Of a DNA stretch of 64,000 bases, positions 8,729-17,210 are shown in pieces. Source of the DNA: an uncultured Armatimonadetes bacterium (GTDB taxonomy: Bacteria; Armatimonadota; Hebobacteria; Hebobacterales; Hebobacteraceae); assembly GCA_963716175.1 (NCBI GenBank), contig OY970296.1:288001-352000 (forward strand), read 5' to 3'. The notes under the pieces are model-generated. The model did not search any database. It was not told where the DNA came from and saw only the letters and a list, made by a program, of their open reading frames with translations. A program made the position numbers and the translations under genes. How positions within the stretch are numbered: position 1 is the stretch's first letter; every line of letters begins with the position of its first letter.

Positions 8729-11552
8729 TCGTCAGGATCTGCTGCGCCAGCTCGAGCTGCCGGTACAGGCTGTGATACCGCGGCTGCAGGCTGGGAATGA
8801 CAGAACGCCGCTGGCACGTATCGCCGAACTGCAGCCGCTATCCCCTTACGCAGAGGCCTACCGCTTCCTGCGAACCGAGGTAATGCACCTCGGCGACGGC
8901 TCGCCACTTCGCACCCTCGTGGTGGCGACGGCACGGCCGGGCCACGGTGGCACCACCACCGCAGTGAACCTGGCCATCACCCTGGCCGAGGCGGGCAACC
9001 GCGTGGTCCTGGTGGACGCCGACTTGCGCAGACCCACTCTGCACAAGTTCTTCGGTCTAAGCAATGAGGCCGGCCTGACCTCTCTGCTGTCCAATGGCGC
9101 CTCAGCGGCCGAGAACGCGCTGCGACGGACATCCATGGAAAGCCTGCTGCTGCTGCCCGCGGGGCCGCCAGCCGGTAACCCGGCCGCCCTCCTCAACTCC
9201 TCCCGGATGCTCACCGTGCTGCAGCACTTGCGGGAGCACTCCGATTACGTGGTGATCGACACCCCTTCGGCCGCGACCTTCGCGGACGCGGCTGTGGTTG
9301 GCCGACTGGTGGACGGCGTGATCATGGTGATCCGCGCCAACGAGTCGGTGCGAGAGGCGGAGTATCAGACGATCCAGCTGTTCAACAAGGTGGGAGCGAA
9401 ACTCGTCGGGCTGGTTCTGAACAGCGCCCTGCCCTCCAGCGTGGACAGCTACTACTTCCACAACCACTACTACCCCACTGCTACCCCGACCCGGGACGAC
9501 CGCACGCGCATCGGCCCCGGCGATAGCGCCGCCGCGCTTCCCAACCCGCAGCCGGAGAAGGCACCGGCATGGCAGTACTCGCGGCCCAAGAGCCGACGCC
9601 CCGAGAGTACGGCGATGGTGGTCAGGATCCCCGATTGGGTCGGCTCACCCGGGGGCTCGCCAGCTGCAGACTCACACGTCGGCGCGCCCAGAGCGCGGCC
9701 GCAGCCCGCTCCCCGCGCAAGCGTGGCAGCCCATCGCGGCCGGCGCATGGCTCGCGCCACGATCGCGAGCGCGGTCGCGCTGGTGGCGCTGGCGGCCCTC
9801 TCGGCCCGCGTTGTGCTTCCCCGCGGCTCCGGGTCAGCGAAGCCGAAAGCCGCGACGGCTCCCGCCGTCCGGCCGGGCACCGCAGCCCTGACAGTGACGG
9901 CAACCGTGAAGGCGCCGGTGGAGGTACGGGTGGATCGGGATGGGACGCTGCTGTACGAGGGCCCTCTGGCGGTCGGGCAGCAGGTGTGGCAGGCCTCTCA
10001 GATGATCACACTCTGGGCGAGCCGCCCGGCGGCTGTCGACCTGGCGGTGAACGGGCGGCCCGTGGGGCCGCTGGGGCGCGACGGCAACCCGCCGCGCTGG
10101 AGGCGGTTCACGGCCAAGGATGGAGCGGCGGAGATGAGCCAATCTCGGGGCGGAGCCGTCGCTGCCGAGGGCAGTGCCAGGCGCAGTCGGGCGGGCAGTG
10201 ATAGTGGCCCGGCCCTGCAGATAGGCCTCAGCTCGGCAAAGCGGCGAATGCTCCGGCGCATCGAGCGCCGTCAGGCGCGGGTGGGGGTGTTCGGGGCCGG
10301 CTATGTGGGAATGGCGGTGGCCCTGGAAGCCGCTCGCGTGGGGTTCACTGTCACCTGCTTCGACATTGACCAGGAGAGAGTGCGAGCGGTGAACGAGGGC
10401 CGGTCGTACCTGGACGATGTTCGGGATGAGGCCCTGCAGCAGTTCCGCCAGGCCGGACGGCTTGAGGCGAAGAGCGAGTTCTCAAGCTTGGCCCGAACCG
10501 AGGTGATGATCATCTGCGTCCCTACTCCGCTGACTCCGTCGAAGGAGCCGGATCTCTCGGCGATAGAGATGTCTGCGGCCGAAGTGAAGCGTCATCTCCG
10601 ACCGGGTCGGCTCGTGGTCTTGGAGAGTACGACCTACCCGGGAACGACCGAGGAGGTGTTGCGTCCCAGGCTCGAGAGCACCGGCCTCAGAGCGGGAAAG
10701 GACTTCTGGCTGGCGTTTTCGCCGGAACGCATTGACCCCGGCAACAAGAGGCACACCTTTCGCACCACCCCCAAGATAGTCGGCGGGGTGGATCCCGATT
10801 CCACGGCGGTGGCTGGGGCGTTCTATGAGACGCTGGTGGATCAGGTGATCCGGGTGTCTTCTGCTGCCACCGCGGAGATGATCAAGATCTACGAGAACGT
10901 GTTTCGCAACATCAACATCGCCTTCGCCAACGAAGTCGCGCAATTGTGCGACCGGATGGGGTTGGACGTCTGGGAGGTGATTGACGGCGCAGCCACCAAA
11001 CCCTTCGGGTTCATGCCGTTCTACCCAGGTCCTGGCCTTGGCGGTCACTGCATCCCCATTGATCCCTACTACCTGTCCTGGAAAGCGCGGCAGCACGATT
11101 TCGAGGTGAAGTTCATCAACGTGGCGGCTGACCTGAACGCAAACATGCCCTACTATGTGCTGTCGCGGGTGACCAGGGCTTTCAACGAGCAGGGCAAAAG
11201 CGTGAAGGGATCGCGCATTCTCGTGCTCGGCGCGGCCTACAAGCCCAACGTCTCCGATACCCGCGAGTCGCCCGCATACAAGCTGATCCCGCTGCTGCAG
11301 AAGGCGGGCGCCAAGGTCACGTATCACGACCCGCATGTCCCGGAGCTGACGGTGGCGAACGGCGCTCCACAGCGCTTGCGCTCGGTGGCGCTGAGCGAGC
11401 AGGCGGTGTCAGGCGCGGACTGTGTGCTGATCCTGACCGATCACCAGTGCTACGACTACCAGATGATCTTGCGCGAAGCACGGCTGATCGTTGATACCCG
11501 AAACGCGCTGGGCCTGAAGAACGGCCACCCGGACAAGGTCGTGCGGCTCTAG
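8487..11552 (+). CDS. Continuous ORF: Wzc second TM + CpsD/CapB kinase-like domain + TM/RodZ C-terminal-like (DUF4115-like) domain + UDP-hexosamine/UDP-sugar 6-dehydrogenase (from ATG 10134)
   Basis: Kinase part: EAYRFLRT, LVDADLRRP, VIDTPS and Tyr cluster YYFHNHYY. Dehydrogenase part: GAGYVG, ICVPTP, LESTTYPGTT, FSPERIDPG, GPGLGGHCIPIDP, AYKPNVSDTRESP. Confidence 0.85.
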   Translation: MMPRTDIARLKTILDQARVDEKASAKAALIQVVDEAKWATGAVMQRGPSPAQLLLAGLALSICLALGTILGLAFVDDRIHSRQDLLRQLELPVQAVIPRLQAGNDRTPLARIAELQPLSPYAEAYRFLRTEVMHLGDGSPLRTLVVATARPGHGGTTTAVNLAITLAEAGNRVVLVDADLRRPTLHKFFGLSNEAGLTSLLSNGASAAENALRRTSMESLLLLPAGPPAGNPAALLNSSRMLTVLQHLREHSDYVVIDTPSAATFADAAVVGRLVDGVIMVIRANESVREAEYQTIQLFNKVGAKLVGLVLNSALPSSVDSYYFHNHYYPTATPTRDDRTRIGPGDSAAALPNPQPEKAPAWQYSRPKSRRPESTAMVVRIPDWVGSPGGSPAADSHVGAPRARPQPAPRASVAAHRGRRMARATIASAVALVALAALSARVVLPRGSGSAKPKAATAPAVRPGTAALTVTATVKAPVEVRVDRDGTLLYEGPLAVGQQVWQASQMITLWASRPAAVDLAVNGRPVGPLGRDGNPPRWRRFTAKDGAAEMSQSRGGAVAAEGSARRSRAGSDSGPALQIGLSSAKRRMLRRIERRQARVGVFGAGYVGMAVALEAARVGFTVTCFDIDQERVRAVNEGRSYLDDVRDEALQQFRQAGRLEAKSEFSSLARTEVMIICVPTPLTPSKEPDLSAIEMSAAEVKRHLRPGRLVVLESTTYPGTTEEVLRPRLESTGLRAGKDFWLAFSPERIDPGNKRHTFRTTPKIVGGVDPDSTAVAGAFYETLVDQVIRVSSAATAEMIKIYENVFRNINIAFANEVAQLCDRMGLDVWEVIDGAATKPFGFMPFYPGPGLGGHCIPIDPYYLSWKARQHDFEVKFINVAADLNANMPYYVLSRVTRAFNEQGKSVKGSRILVLGAAYKPNVSDTRESPAYKLIPLLQKAGAKVTYHDPHVPELTVANGAPQRLRSVALSEQAVSGADCVLILTDHQCYDYQMILREARLIVDTRNALGLKNGHPDKVVRL

Positions 11553-11565
11553 GCGGGGACGGCTG

Positions 11566-12501
11566 ATGCTGAACGCACTGACAATTGACCTCGAGGACTG
11601 GTTCCAGGTCTCAAACCTGGAGCACCTCATCCCATACCAGGAATGGGGTAGCCGGCCGCCGCGGCTGGCCGAGAACACCCGCCGCCTGCTCGAGCTACTG
11701 GCAAAGGCTGACGCCCGGGCCACCTTCTTCGTGCTTGGCTGGAACGCAGCGCGCTTTCCGCAGCTAGTGCGGGAGATCAAAGCAGCCGGACACGAGATCG
11801 GCAGCCATGGGTACGCGCATCGGTTGGTGTACCAGCAAGCACCCGAGCAGTTCGCCTTCGATCTGGCGCTGGCTACGAACGCGATCGGGGAGGCCAGCGG
11901 GGTCCGGCCCTGCTGCTACCGCGCACCTTCGTTCTCTATCACGCCTCGCTCGGCGTGGGCACTGCAAGCGTTGGTGGCGGCGGGCTTCGAGGTGGACTCC
12001 AGCGTCTTCCCAATCTTCCACGAGCGCTACGGGTTCTGCGGAGCGCCGCGGCTTCCGCACCGGATTCGGGTGAACGGCGCCGCCTCGCTCGTGGAAGCCC
12101 CTCCCTCCACGGTGCGACTGGCTGGCCGCAACTTCCCGTTCGCGGGAGGTGCGTACTTCCGCCTTCTGCCGTACTGGGCCGTCAAGCGACTCTGCCAACT
12201 GCTCAATGGTCGCGGCGAGCCGATCATCTTCTATCTACATCCCTGGGAGCTTGACCCGTGCATCCCGCGGTTCCGGCTTTCGCCCTTCCGCTTCCTACGA
12301 AGCTACGCGAACCTACACCAGACGGAGGACCGCTTGACGAGACTGCTCCGGGACTTCAGATTCGGGACCCTGTCGGAGGCGTTGGCGCAGATCCCGGCCC
12401 TGGGCATATGGAATCCAGCAGAGGTGAGCTTCGGGCCTCAGGGCCAAGAGGCCACCGCCCTGGCCGCGGGCGCGCGGTCCAGAGCAAGTGCCGCGAGATA
12501 G
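11566..12501 (+). CDS. Polysaccharide deacetylase (XrtA/PEP-CTERM-locus type with DUF3473-like C-terminus)
   Basis: NALTIDLEDWFQ, ATFFVLGW, GHEIGSHGYAH, YRAPSFSI, GGAYFRLLPY, FYLHPWELD. Confidence 0.9.
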   Translation: MLNALTIDLEDWFQVSNLEHLIPYQEWGSRPPRLAENTRRLLELLAKADARATFFVLGWNAARFPQLVREIKAAGHEIGSHGYAHRLVYQQAPEQFAFDLALATNAIGEASGVRPCCYRAPSFSITPRSAWALQALVAAGFEVDSSVFPIFHERYGFCGAPRLPHRIRVNGAASLVEAPPSTVRLAGRNFPFAGGAYFRLLPYWAVKRLCQLLNGRGEPIIFYLHPWELDPCIPRFRLSPFRFLRSYANLHQTEDRLTRLLRDFRFGTLSEALAQIPALGIWNPAEVSFGPQGQEATALAAGARSRASAAR

Positions 12502-12519
12502 CGCGATAGGGGTGCAGTC

Positions 12520-13566
12520 ATGGCAGGGATAAGTGAGCGCATACATCCGCAGCCGACGGCCGGCGATGCTGCGCGTCGGAGGAAGAAGACCCGGACCCGG
12601 GAAGGGCGCCCCCGGCACGTGATCATTGTTGGGGCCGGCGCTGGCGGCCAGGAGATCGCGCGGGAACTGGCGCGTGCGAACGGCAAGTTCGAGGTGGTGG
12701 GGTTTGTGGACGACAACGACGGCCACGCGGGCGCGGACCAAATCCCCATCCTGGGGGGGTTCAACGAAGTCTTGGATGTAGCGGAGTCTTACCAGGCAGA
12801 CGAAGTGATCGTCGCTTACATGCCCAACTGGCAAGAGGAACTGGTGAAGCGGGCCGCCCGGAGTCCGGCTCTGGGTGCGCTGCAGATCAAAGTGCTGCCT
12901 GGCTTCTACGACGCGGCTGTGAGCGCCTGTCAGATCGAGCGGATTGAGGACATCCCGCTGGTGAGGCTAACTGGGGCTGAGCCCACACGCCTGTTCATGG
13001 CGGCAAAGCGCGCCTTCGACATCTTCTTCAGCCTAGTCATGCTGCTGGTCTCTCTGCCTGTGATGGCAATCGCGATGCTCGCCATCAAGCTCACCTCCCG
13101 CGGGCCAGCGTTCTATCTCCAGGAGCGGATCGGACGAGGAGGGAAGCCGTTCCGCATCCGCAAGCTGCGGACCATGGTTGTGGATGCCGAACGTGATACT
13201 GGGCCCGTTCTGGCGCACGAGTACGACGAGCGCGTTACGCCCGTTGGGCGCTTCCTGCGGCAGACGCGCATAGACGAGATTCCCCAGTTCTGGAACGTGC
13301 TGGTGGGCGAGATGAGCGTGGTGGGTCCCCGCCCGGAGCGGCCGGAATTCGGGCTCGAGTTTGCGGCCTCCATCCCCGCCTATCACGAGCGCCACAAGGT
13401 CCGCCCCGGGATCACAGGGCTGGCGCAGGTGTACGGCGACTATCTGACCAGCGTCTATCACAAGCTGCGCTATGACTGGCTCTACATCCGGCGCCTGTCG
13501 CTTCTCCTCGACTTGCGGATCCTGCTGTTGACCGCTGGGACAGTGCTCAGCCGGAAGGGCACGTAG
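12520..13566 (+). CDS. Priming polyprenyl-phosphate sugar phosphotransferase (WcaJ/WbaP family, lacking the N-terminal TM bundle)
   Basis: CoA-binding-like IVGAG/VVGFVDD, then KRAFDI, KLRTM, RIDEIPQFWNVL.GEMSVVGPRPERP, RPGITGLAQV. Confidence 0.92.
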   Translation: MAGISERIHPQPTAGDAARRRKKTRTREGRPRHVIIVGAGAGGQEIARELARANGKFEVVGFVDDNDGHAGADQIPILGGFNEVLDVAESYQADEVIVAYMPNWQEELVKRAARSPALGALQIKVLPGFYDAAVSACQIERIEDIPLVRLTGAEPTRLFMAAKRAFDIFFSLVMLLVSLPVMAIAMLAIKLTSRGPAFYLQERIGRGGKPFRIRKLRTMVVDAERDTGPVLAHEYDERVTPVGRFLRQTRIDEIPQFWNVLVGEMSVVGPRPERPEFGLEFAASIPAYHERHKVRPGITGLAQVYGDYLTSVYHKLRYDWLYIRRLSLLLDLRILLLTAGTVLSRKGT

Positions 13567-14499
13567 ATGTATCTGGTGACAGGAGGCGCAGGCTTCATCG
13601 GCTCGCACATCGTGGACGCGCTGCTGGCGGCCGGCCACCCGGTGCGGGTGCTCGACAACTTCGCCACAGGGCGGCGCGAGAACCTCGCTCCTGTCATGGA
13701 CCGGATAGAGCTGATCGAGGGGGACATCCGGGACGAGGCCGCGGTGGGTCGGGCCATGCAACGGGTGGAGTGCGTGTTCCACCAAGCGGCGCTGCCATCT
13801 GTGCCTCGGTCCATGAGCGACCCCAAGACGACCCATGAGGTGAACGCCACTGGAACGCTGAACGTGCTGATCGCGGCCCGGGACGCCGGGGTGAAGCGCG
13901 TGGTCTATGCTTCTTCCTCCTCGGTCTATGGTGACGCACCAGAGCTGCCCAAACGGGAGGATATGACACCCCGCCCCAGATCTCCGTACGCCGTGAGCAA
14001 GCTCGCCGGGGAACAGTACTGTCGGGCCTTCTGCTATGGCTATGGGCTGGAGACTGTCTGCTTGCGGTACTTCAACGTGTTTGGGCCGCGCCAGGCCCCG
14101 GACTCGCAGTACGCGGCGGCGATACCACTCTTCATCGCCTCTCTCCTGAACGGCAATCATGTCCGGATCTACGGCGACGGGCGTCAGACCAGGGACTTCA
14201 CCTTCGTCGCCAACGTGGTTCAGGCCAACCTGCTGGCGGCGACAGCGCCCAAGGCAGCAGGCGCGGTCTGCAATATCGCCGGCGGGGCACAGACCAGCCT
14301 ACTCGCACTGCTCTCAGCACTGGAGGAGCTCACCGGGAAGCAGGCCGATCCCGTGCATGAGCCCCCGCGGCCGGGGGATGTCCGCGACTCCCTGGCCGAT
14401 CTGCAGGCAGCGAAGCAGATACTGGGCTACCAGGTAACGACGCCTCTCTTGGACGGGCTGCGGGAGACAGTGCGGTGGTTTCAGTCAGCAGTTTGCTGA
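13567..14499 (+). CDS. NAD-dependent epimerase/dehydratase (UDP-Glc/GlcNAc 4-epimerase, WbpP-like)
   Basis: TGGAGFIGS, HQAALPSVPRS, SSSSVYG, YAVSK, RYFNVFGPRQ. Confidence 0.93.
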   Translation: MYLVTGGAGFIGSHIVDALLAAGHPVRVLDNFATGRRENLAPVMDRIELIEGDIRDEAAVGRAMQRVECVFHQAALPSVPRSMSDPKTTHEVNATGTLNVLIAARDAGVKRVVYASSSSVYGDAPELPKREDMTPRPRSPYAVSKLAGEQYCRAFCYGYGLETVCLRYFNVFGPRQAPDSQYAAAIPLFIASLLNGNHVRIYGDGRQTRDFTFVANVVQANLLAATAPKAAGAVCNIAGGAQTSLLALLSALEELTGKQADPVHEPPRPGDVRDSLADLQAAKQILGYQVTTPLLDGLRETVRWFQSAVC

Positions 14500-15689
14500 G
14501 GGCCATCGCCAGCATTCCCGGTCGGGTATTGGGTAGCGCCGAGTCCCGCGGGCGCAACACGGAACCTGAGAGATCCGATCTGGTCTACCTGAACCGGCTC
14601 CCGCGCAGGTTCATGACCGACATCCCCGCCCAACGCAGCGACGGCACCTGGGCGCAGCACACGACCATGATACCTCCTCCGGCAGCACTCTATCGGCTCT
14701 CGCGCCGGGTGCAGGGGACTTGCTGGGGCCGCGCGGTTGGCGCAGTCTTGGCGATCGCCTGGGGTCTCCGCTTGCTCCGGGTACGTCGCCGCTTCCCTGC
14801 CGCCATAACCAGCGGGGCCGGGGCCGGGGTGGTGTTCGGGATGCTGCAAGCTGTGGTCGGGCTTGGTCGCATTCCCCATGTCATGATGGACTGCCTGTGG
14901 TACCGCGAGCGAGGGCTGCCCCGGCGGCTCCTCGCCCGCATCAAGTTCGCTTCACTGGCTCGGTCGGTCTCGTGCTTTGTGGTGTGGGCGTCGGGCGAGG
15001 TAGATGACTATGCCGGGGAACTCGGGGTGCCGCGGCATAAACTGGTCTTTGTCCCTTACCACCATACCCTGGAGGGGTATGCCTTCACCATCGAAGATGG
15101 CGGGTACGTGTTTGCCGGAGGCGATGGAGATCGCGACTACGCCACCCTGGTCGAGGCCGTGCGCGGCCTGCAAGTGCCAGTGCTGATAGGCACCCGCCTG
15201 CCATCCTGGCATGGCCGCAGCGATTTGCCCCCCAACATCACGGTCCGGAGCTTCGATGCTGCGGGATTCCGTCAGGCCATGGCGGGAGCGCGGGTGGTGG
15301 TTGTTCCGATGCAAGGCGGGCTGCTGCATGCCGGAGGCCAGCAGACCTACCTGAACGCGATGCGCATGGGGAAGCCTGTGATAGTCTGCGACGATCGCGG
15401 CGCACGCGATTACATAGACGATGGCGTCACTGGTCTGATCGTGCCACCAGGTCGGCCTCAGGAGCTGCGCCAGGCCATGCTGAAGCTGCTGGGCGATGGT
15501 TCACTGCGAGCAGAGCTAGGGCGCCGGGCATCGTTCAGCATTGATCAGAGACGCCTCAGCACTGAAGACAGCGTGCGGCGGGTGATTGGCCTTGCCAGGC
15601 GGCTCCTCCAGTCACCGCGTCGAGCTGGTGCTGGGAAAGTGAGCATGGTCTCAGGAGACGGCCCGGCTGGGACTATCGCTGGGCCCTGA
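14475..15689 (+). CDS. GT-B glycosyltransferase (GT4-like)
   Basis: RDYATLVEA, VVVPM..AGGQQTYLNAM.MGKPVI, DGVTGLIVPP. Start uncertain (14475, 14493 or later). Confidence 0.8.
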   Translation: MVSVSSLLRAIASIPGRVLGSAESRGRNTEPERSDLVYLNRLPRRFMTDIPAQRSDGTWAQHTTMIPPPAALYRLSRRVQGTCWGRAVGAVLAIAWGLRLLRVRRRFPAAITSGAGAGVVFGMLQAVVGLGRIPHVMMDCLWYRERGLPRRLLARIKFASLARSVSCFVVWASGEVDDYAGELGVPRHKLVFVPYHHTLEGYAFTIEDGGYVFAGGDGDRDYATLVEAVRGLQVPVLIGTRLPSWHGRSDLPPNITVRSFDAAGFRQAMAGARVVVVPMQGGLLHAGGQQTYLNAMRMGKPVIVCDDRGARDYIDDGVTGLIVPPGRPQELRQAMLKLLGDGSLRAELGRRASFSIDQRRLSTEDSVRRVIGLARRLLQSPRRAGAGKVSMVSGDGPAGTIAGP

Positions 15690-15713
15690 CGCCTCTGGCC
15701 TAGGTGGCAAGCT

Positions 15714-17069
15714 ATGGACTGGATGGCACTGCTTTCACGACACTGCATCGCTCCCTTGGCGGCGCGCAAGGACGGGAGCGCGCATCTCCGGGCGGCGAGG
15801 GAGTACGAGGAGACGCAGCGCTGGCCTCCAGAGCGGTTGTACAGCTATCGCTGGAGGCGGCTTCAGGAGATGCTGGCTTTCGCCTACGCCAATTCCACCT
15901 TTTACCAGCGCCGGTTCAGGCTAGCCGGCTTGCGGCCCGAGGAGGTGCGCCGCCCGGAAGACCTGGCCGCTCTGCCCCGGCTCACCAAACGTGATCTCCA
16001 GGAATACCGCGATCAGATCATGGTGCCGGCCGCGGCTGGGCGCGCACATGTGGAGAAGCGAACCTCGGGATCTACCGGGACGCCGCTGCGAGTGCTGGTG
16101 GACAAGGCCGGGATGGAGCGCAAGCTGGCCAGCACCATCCGACACAACCGCTGGGCCGGCTATGACATCGGCGATGCCGTGGGCCTGATCTGGGGGGATA
16201 TCGAGTCGCCGCGGAGGTTGCGCAGCCGTCTCCGGCGTCTTCTGCTTGACCGCTACCAGGTATTGGATTCCCAGCGAATCAGCGTCCAGGCGATGGAAAG
16301 GTTCGCCGAGGCCCTGCGGCGGAGGCGCATCCGCTGCCTTGTGGGCCAGGCCCAGCCTCTCTACCTCTTCGCCGAGTTCGTCCGGGAAAGGGGGATGCGA
16401 GACCTGCCCGTCCGCAGCGTCATCCCTACCGGAATGATGCTCTACGAGAAACAGCGCAGGTTGATCGAGGAGGCCTTGTGCTGCGAGGTGTTCAACCGTT
16501 ATGGGGCGGAAGAGACCAGCATCATCAGCAGCGAGTGTGAGGCCCACCGTGGGCTGCACATCAATGCCGAAGGCCTGTGGCTGGAGATCGTAAGGGGCGA
16601 GACGGAGGCCGCGCCTGGTGAGGAAGGCGAACTGCTGGTCACGGATCTCGTGAACCGTGCGATGCCGCTGCTGCGCTACGAGATCGGGGACGTGGTAGTG
16701 CCGAGTGCGGAGGCCTGCCCCTGCGGGCGGACGCTGCCCCTGCTCGAACGGGTCTCGGGGAGAGTGGCCGATTGCATCACGTCGCCGGACGGCTTTGTGG
16801 TCTCCGGCATCGCCATCACCGATCACGTAACCGCCATACCAGGTGTCGGGCAGATGCAGGTCGTGCAGGACCTCCCTGACCACCTCTGGTTCAGGATCGT
16901 CATGACCGCGGAGTGGGGGCCGGGGAGTGCTCGCCTCTTGGGCCAGTTGGTGGGCCGCATCTTCGGGCCGCGCATGCGCTTTGATTGCGAATTCGTCCCA
17001 GAAGTAGCGCCTGACCTCGCCGGCAAGTGGCGCTTCTCAATCTCGCGGGTCAAGGCGAGGCTGGGGTAG
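15714..17069 (+). CDS. CapK / phenylacetate-CoA ligase-like adenylating enzyme
   Basis: TSGSTGTP P-loop, NRYGAEE, TDLVNRAMPLLRYEIGD, CPCGR, GRVAD. Confidence 0.88.
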   Translation: MDWMALLSRHCIAPLAARKDGSAHLRAAREYEETQRWPPERLYSYRWRRLQEMLAFAYANSTFYQRRFRLAGLRPEEVRRPEDLAALPRLTKRDLQEYRDQIMVPAAAGRAHVEKRTSGSTGTPLRVLVDKAGMERKLASTIRHNRWAGYDIGDAVGLIWGDIESPRRLRSRLRRLLLDRYQVLDSQRISVQAMERFAEALRRRRIRCLVGQAQPLYLFAEFVRERGMRDLPVRSVIPTGMMLYEKQRRLIEEALCCEVFNRYGAEETSIISSECEAHRGLHINAEGLWLEIVRGETEAAPGEEGELLVTDLVNRAMPLLRYEIGDVVVPSAEACPCGRTLPLLERVSGRVADCITSPDGFVVSGIAITDHVTAIPGVGQMQVVQDLPDHLWFRIVMTAEWGPGSARLLGQLVGRIFGPRMRFDCEFVPEVAPDLAGKWRFSISRVKARLG

Positions 17070-17122
17070 CCAACGGCTCCACGATAGGCGGCAGCTCAGG
17101 GCCCGGGCACGGAGACACGGAG

Positions 17123-17165
17123 AGACCTGGGTCCCCGTCATGCGTGATGACTGGGACCCAGGTCT
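17123..17165. terminator. Long hairpin between convergent genes (probable bidirectional terminator)
   Basis: AGACCTGGGTCCC-C-GTCAT-GCGTG-ATGAC-T-GGGACCCAGGTCT, a 13+5 bp stem. Confidence 0.65.
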
Positions 17166-17210
17166 TGCGCTCCGCCGAACGCCCGCCCTCCCCCCGGACG
17201 GCGCGTCAGG

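Noticed and set aside
12499-13569. In-frame TAG junctions (12501 to 12520; 13566 to 13567) suggesting stop read-through or recoding
   Set aside because: Each downstream gene is a complete family member with its own ATG. In-frame spacing is expected one time in three, and TAG terminates many genes here.
17108-17123. CACGGAGA x2 micro-repeat beside the terminator hairpin
   Set aside because: Too short and single-instance to support a call.
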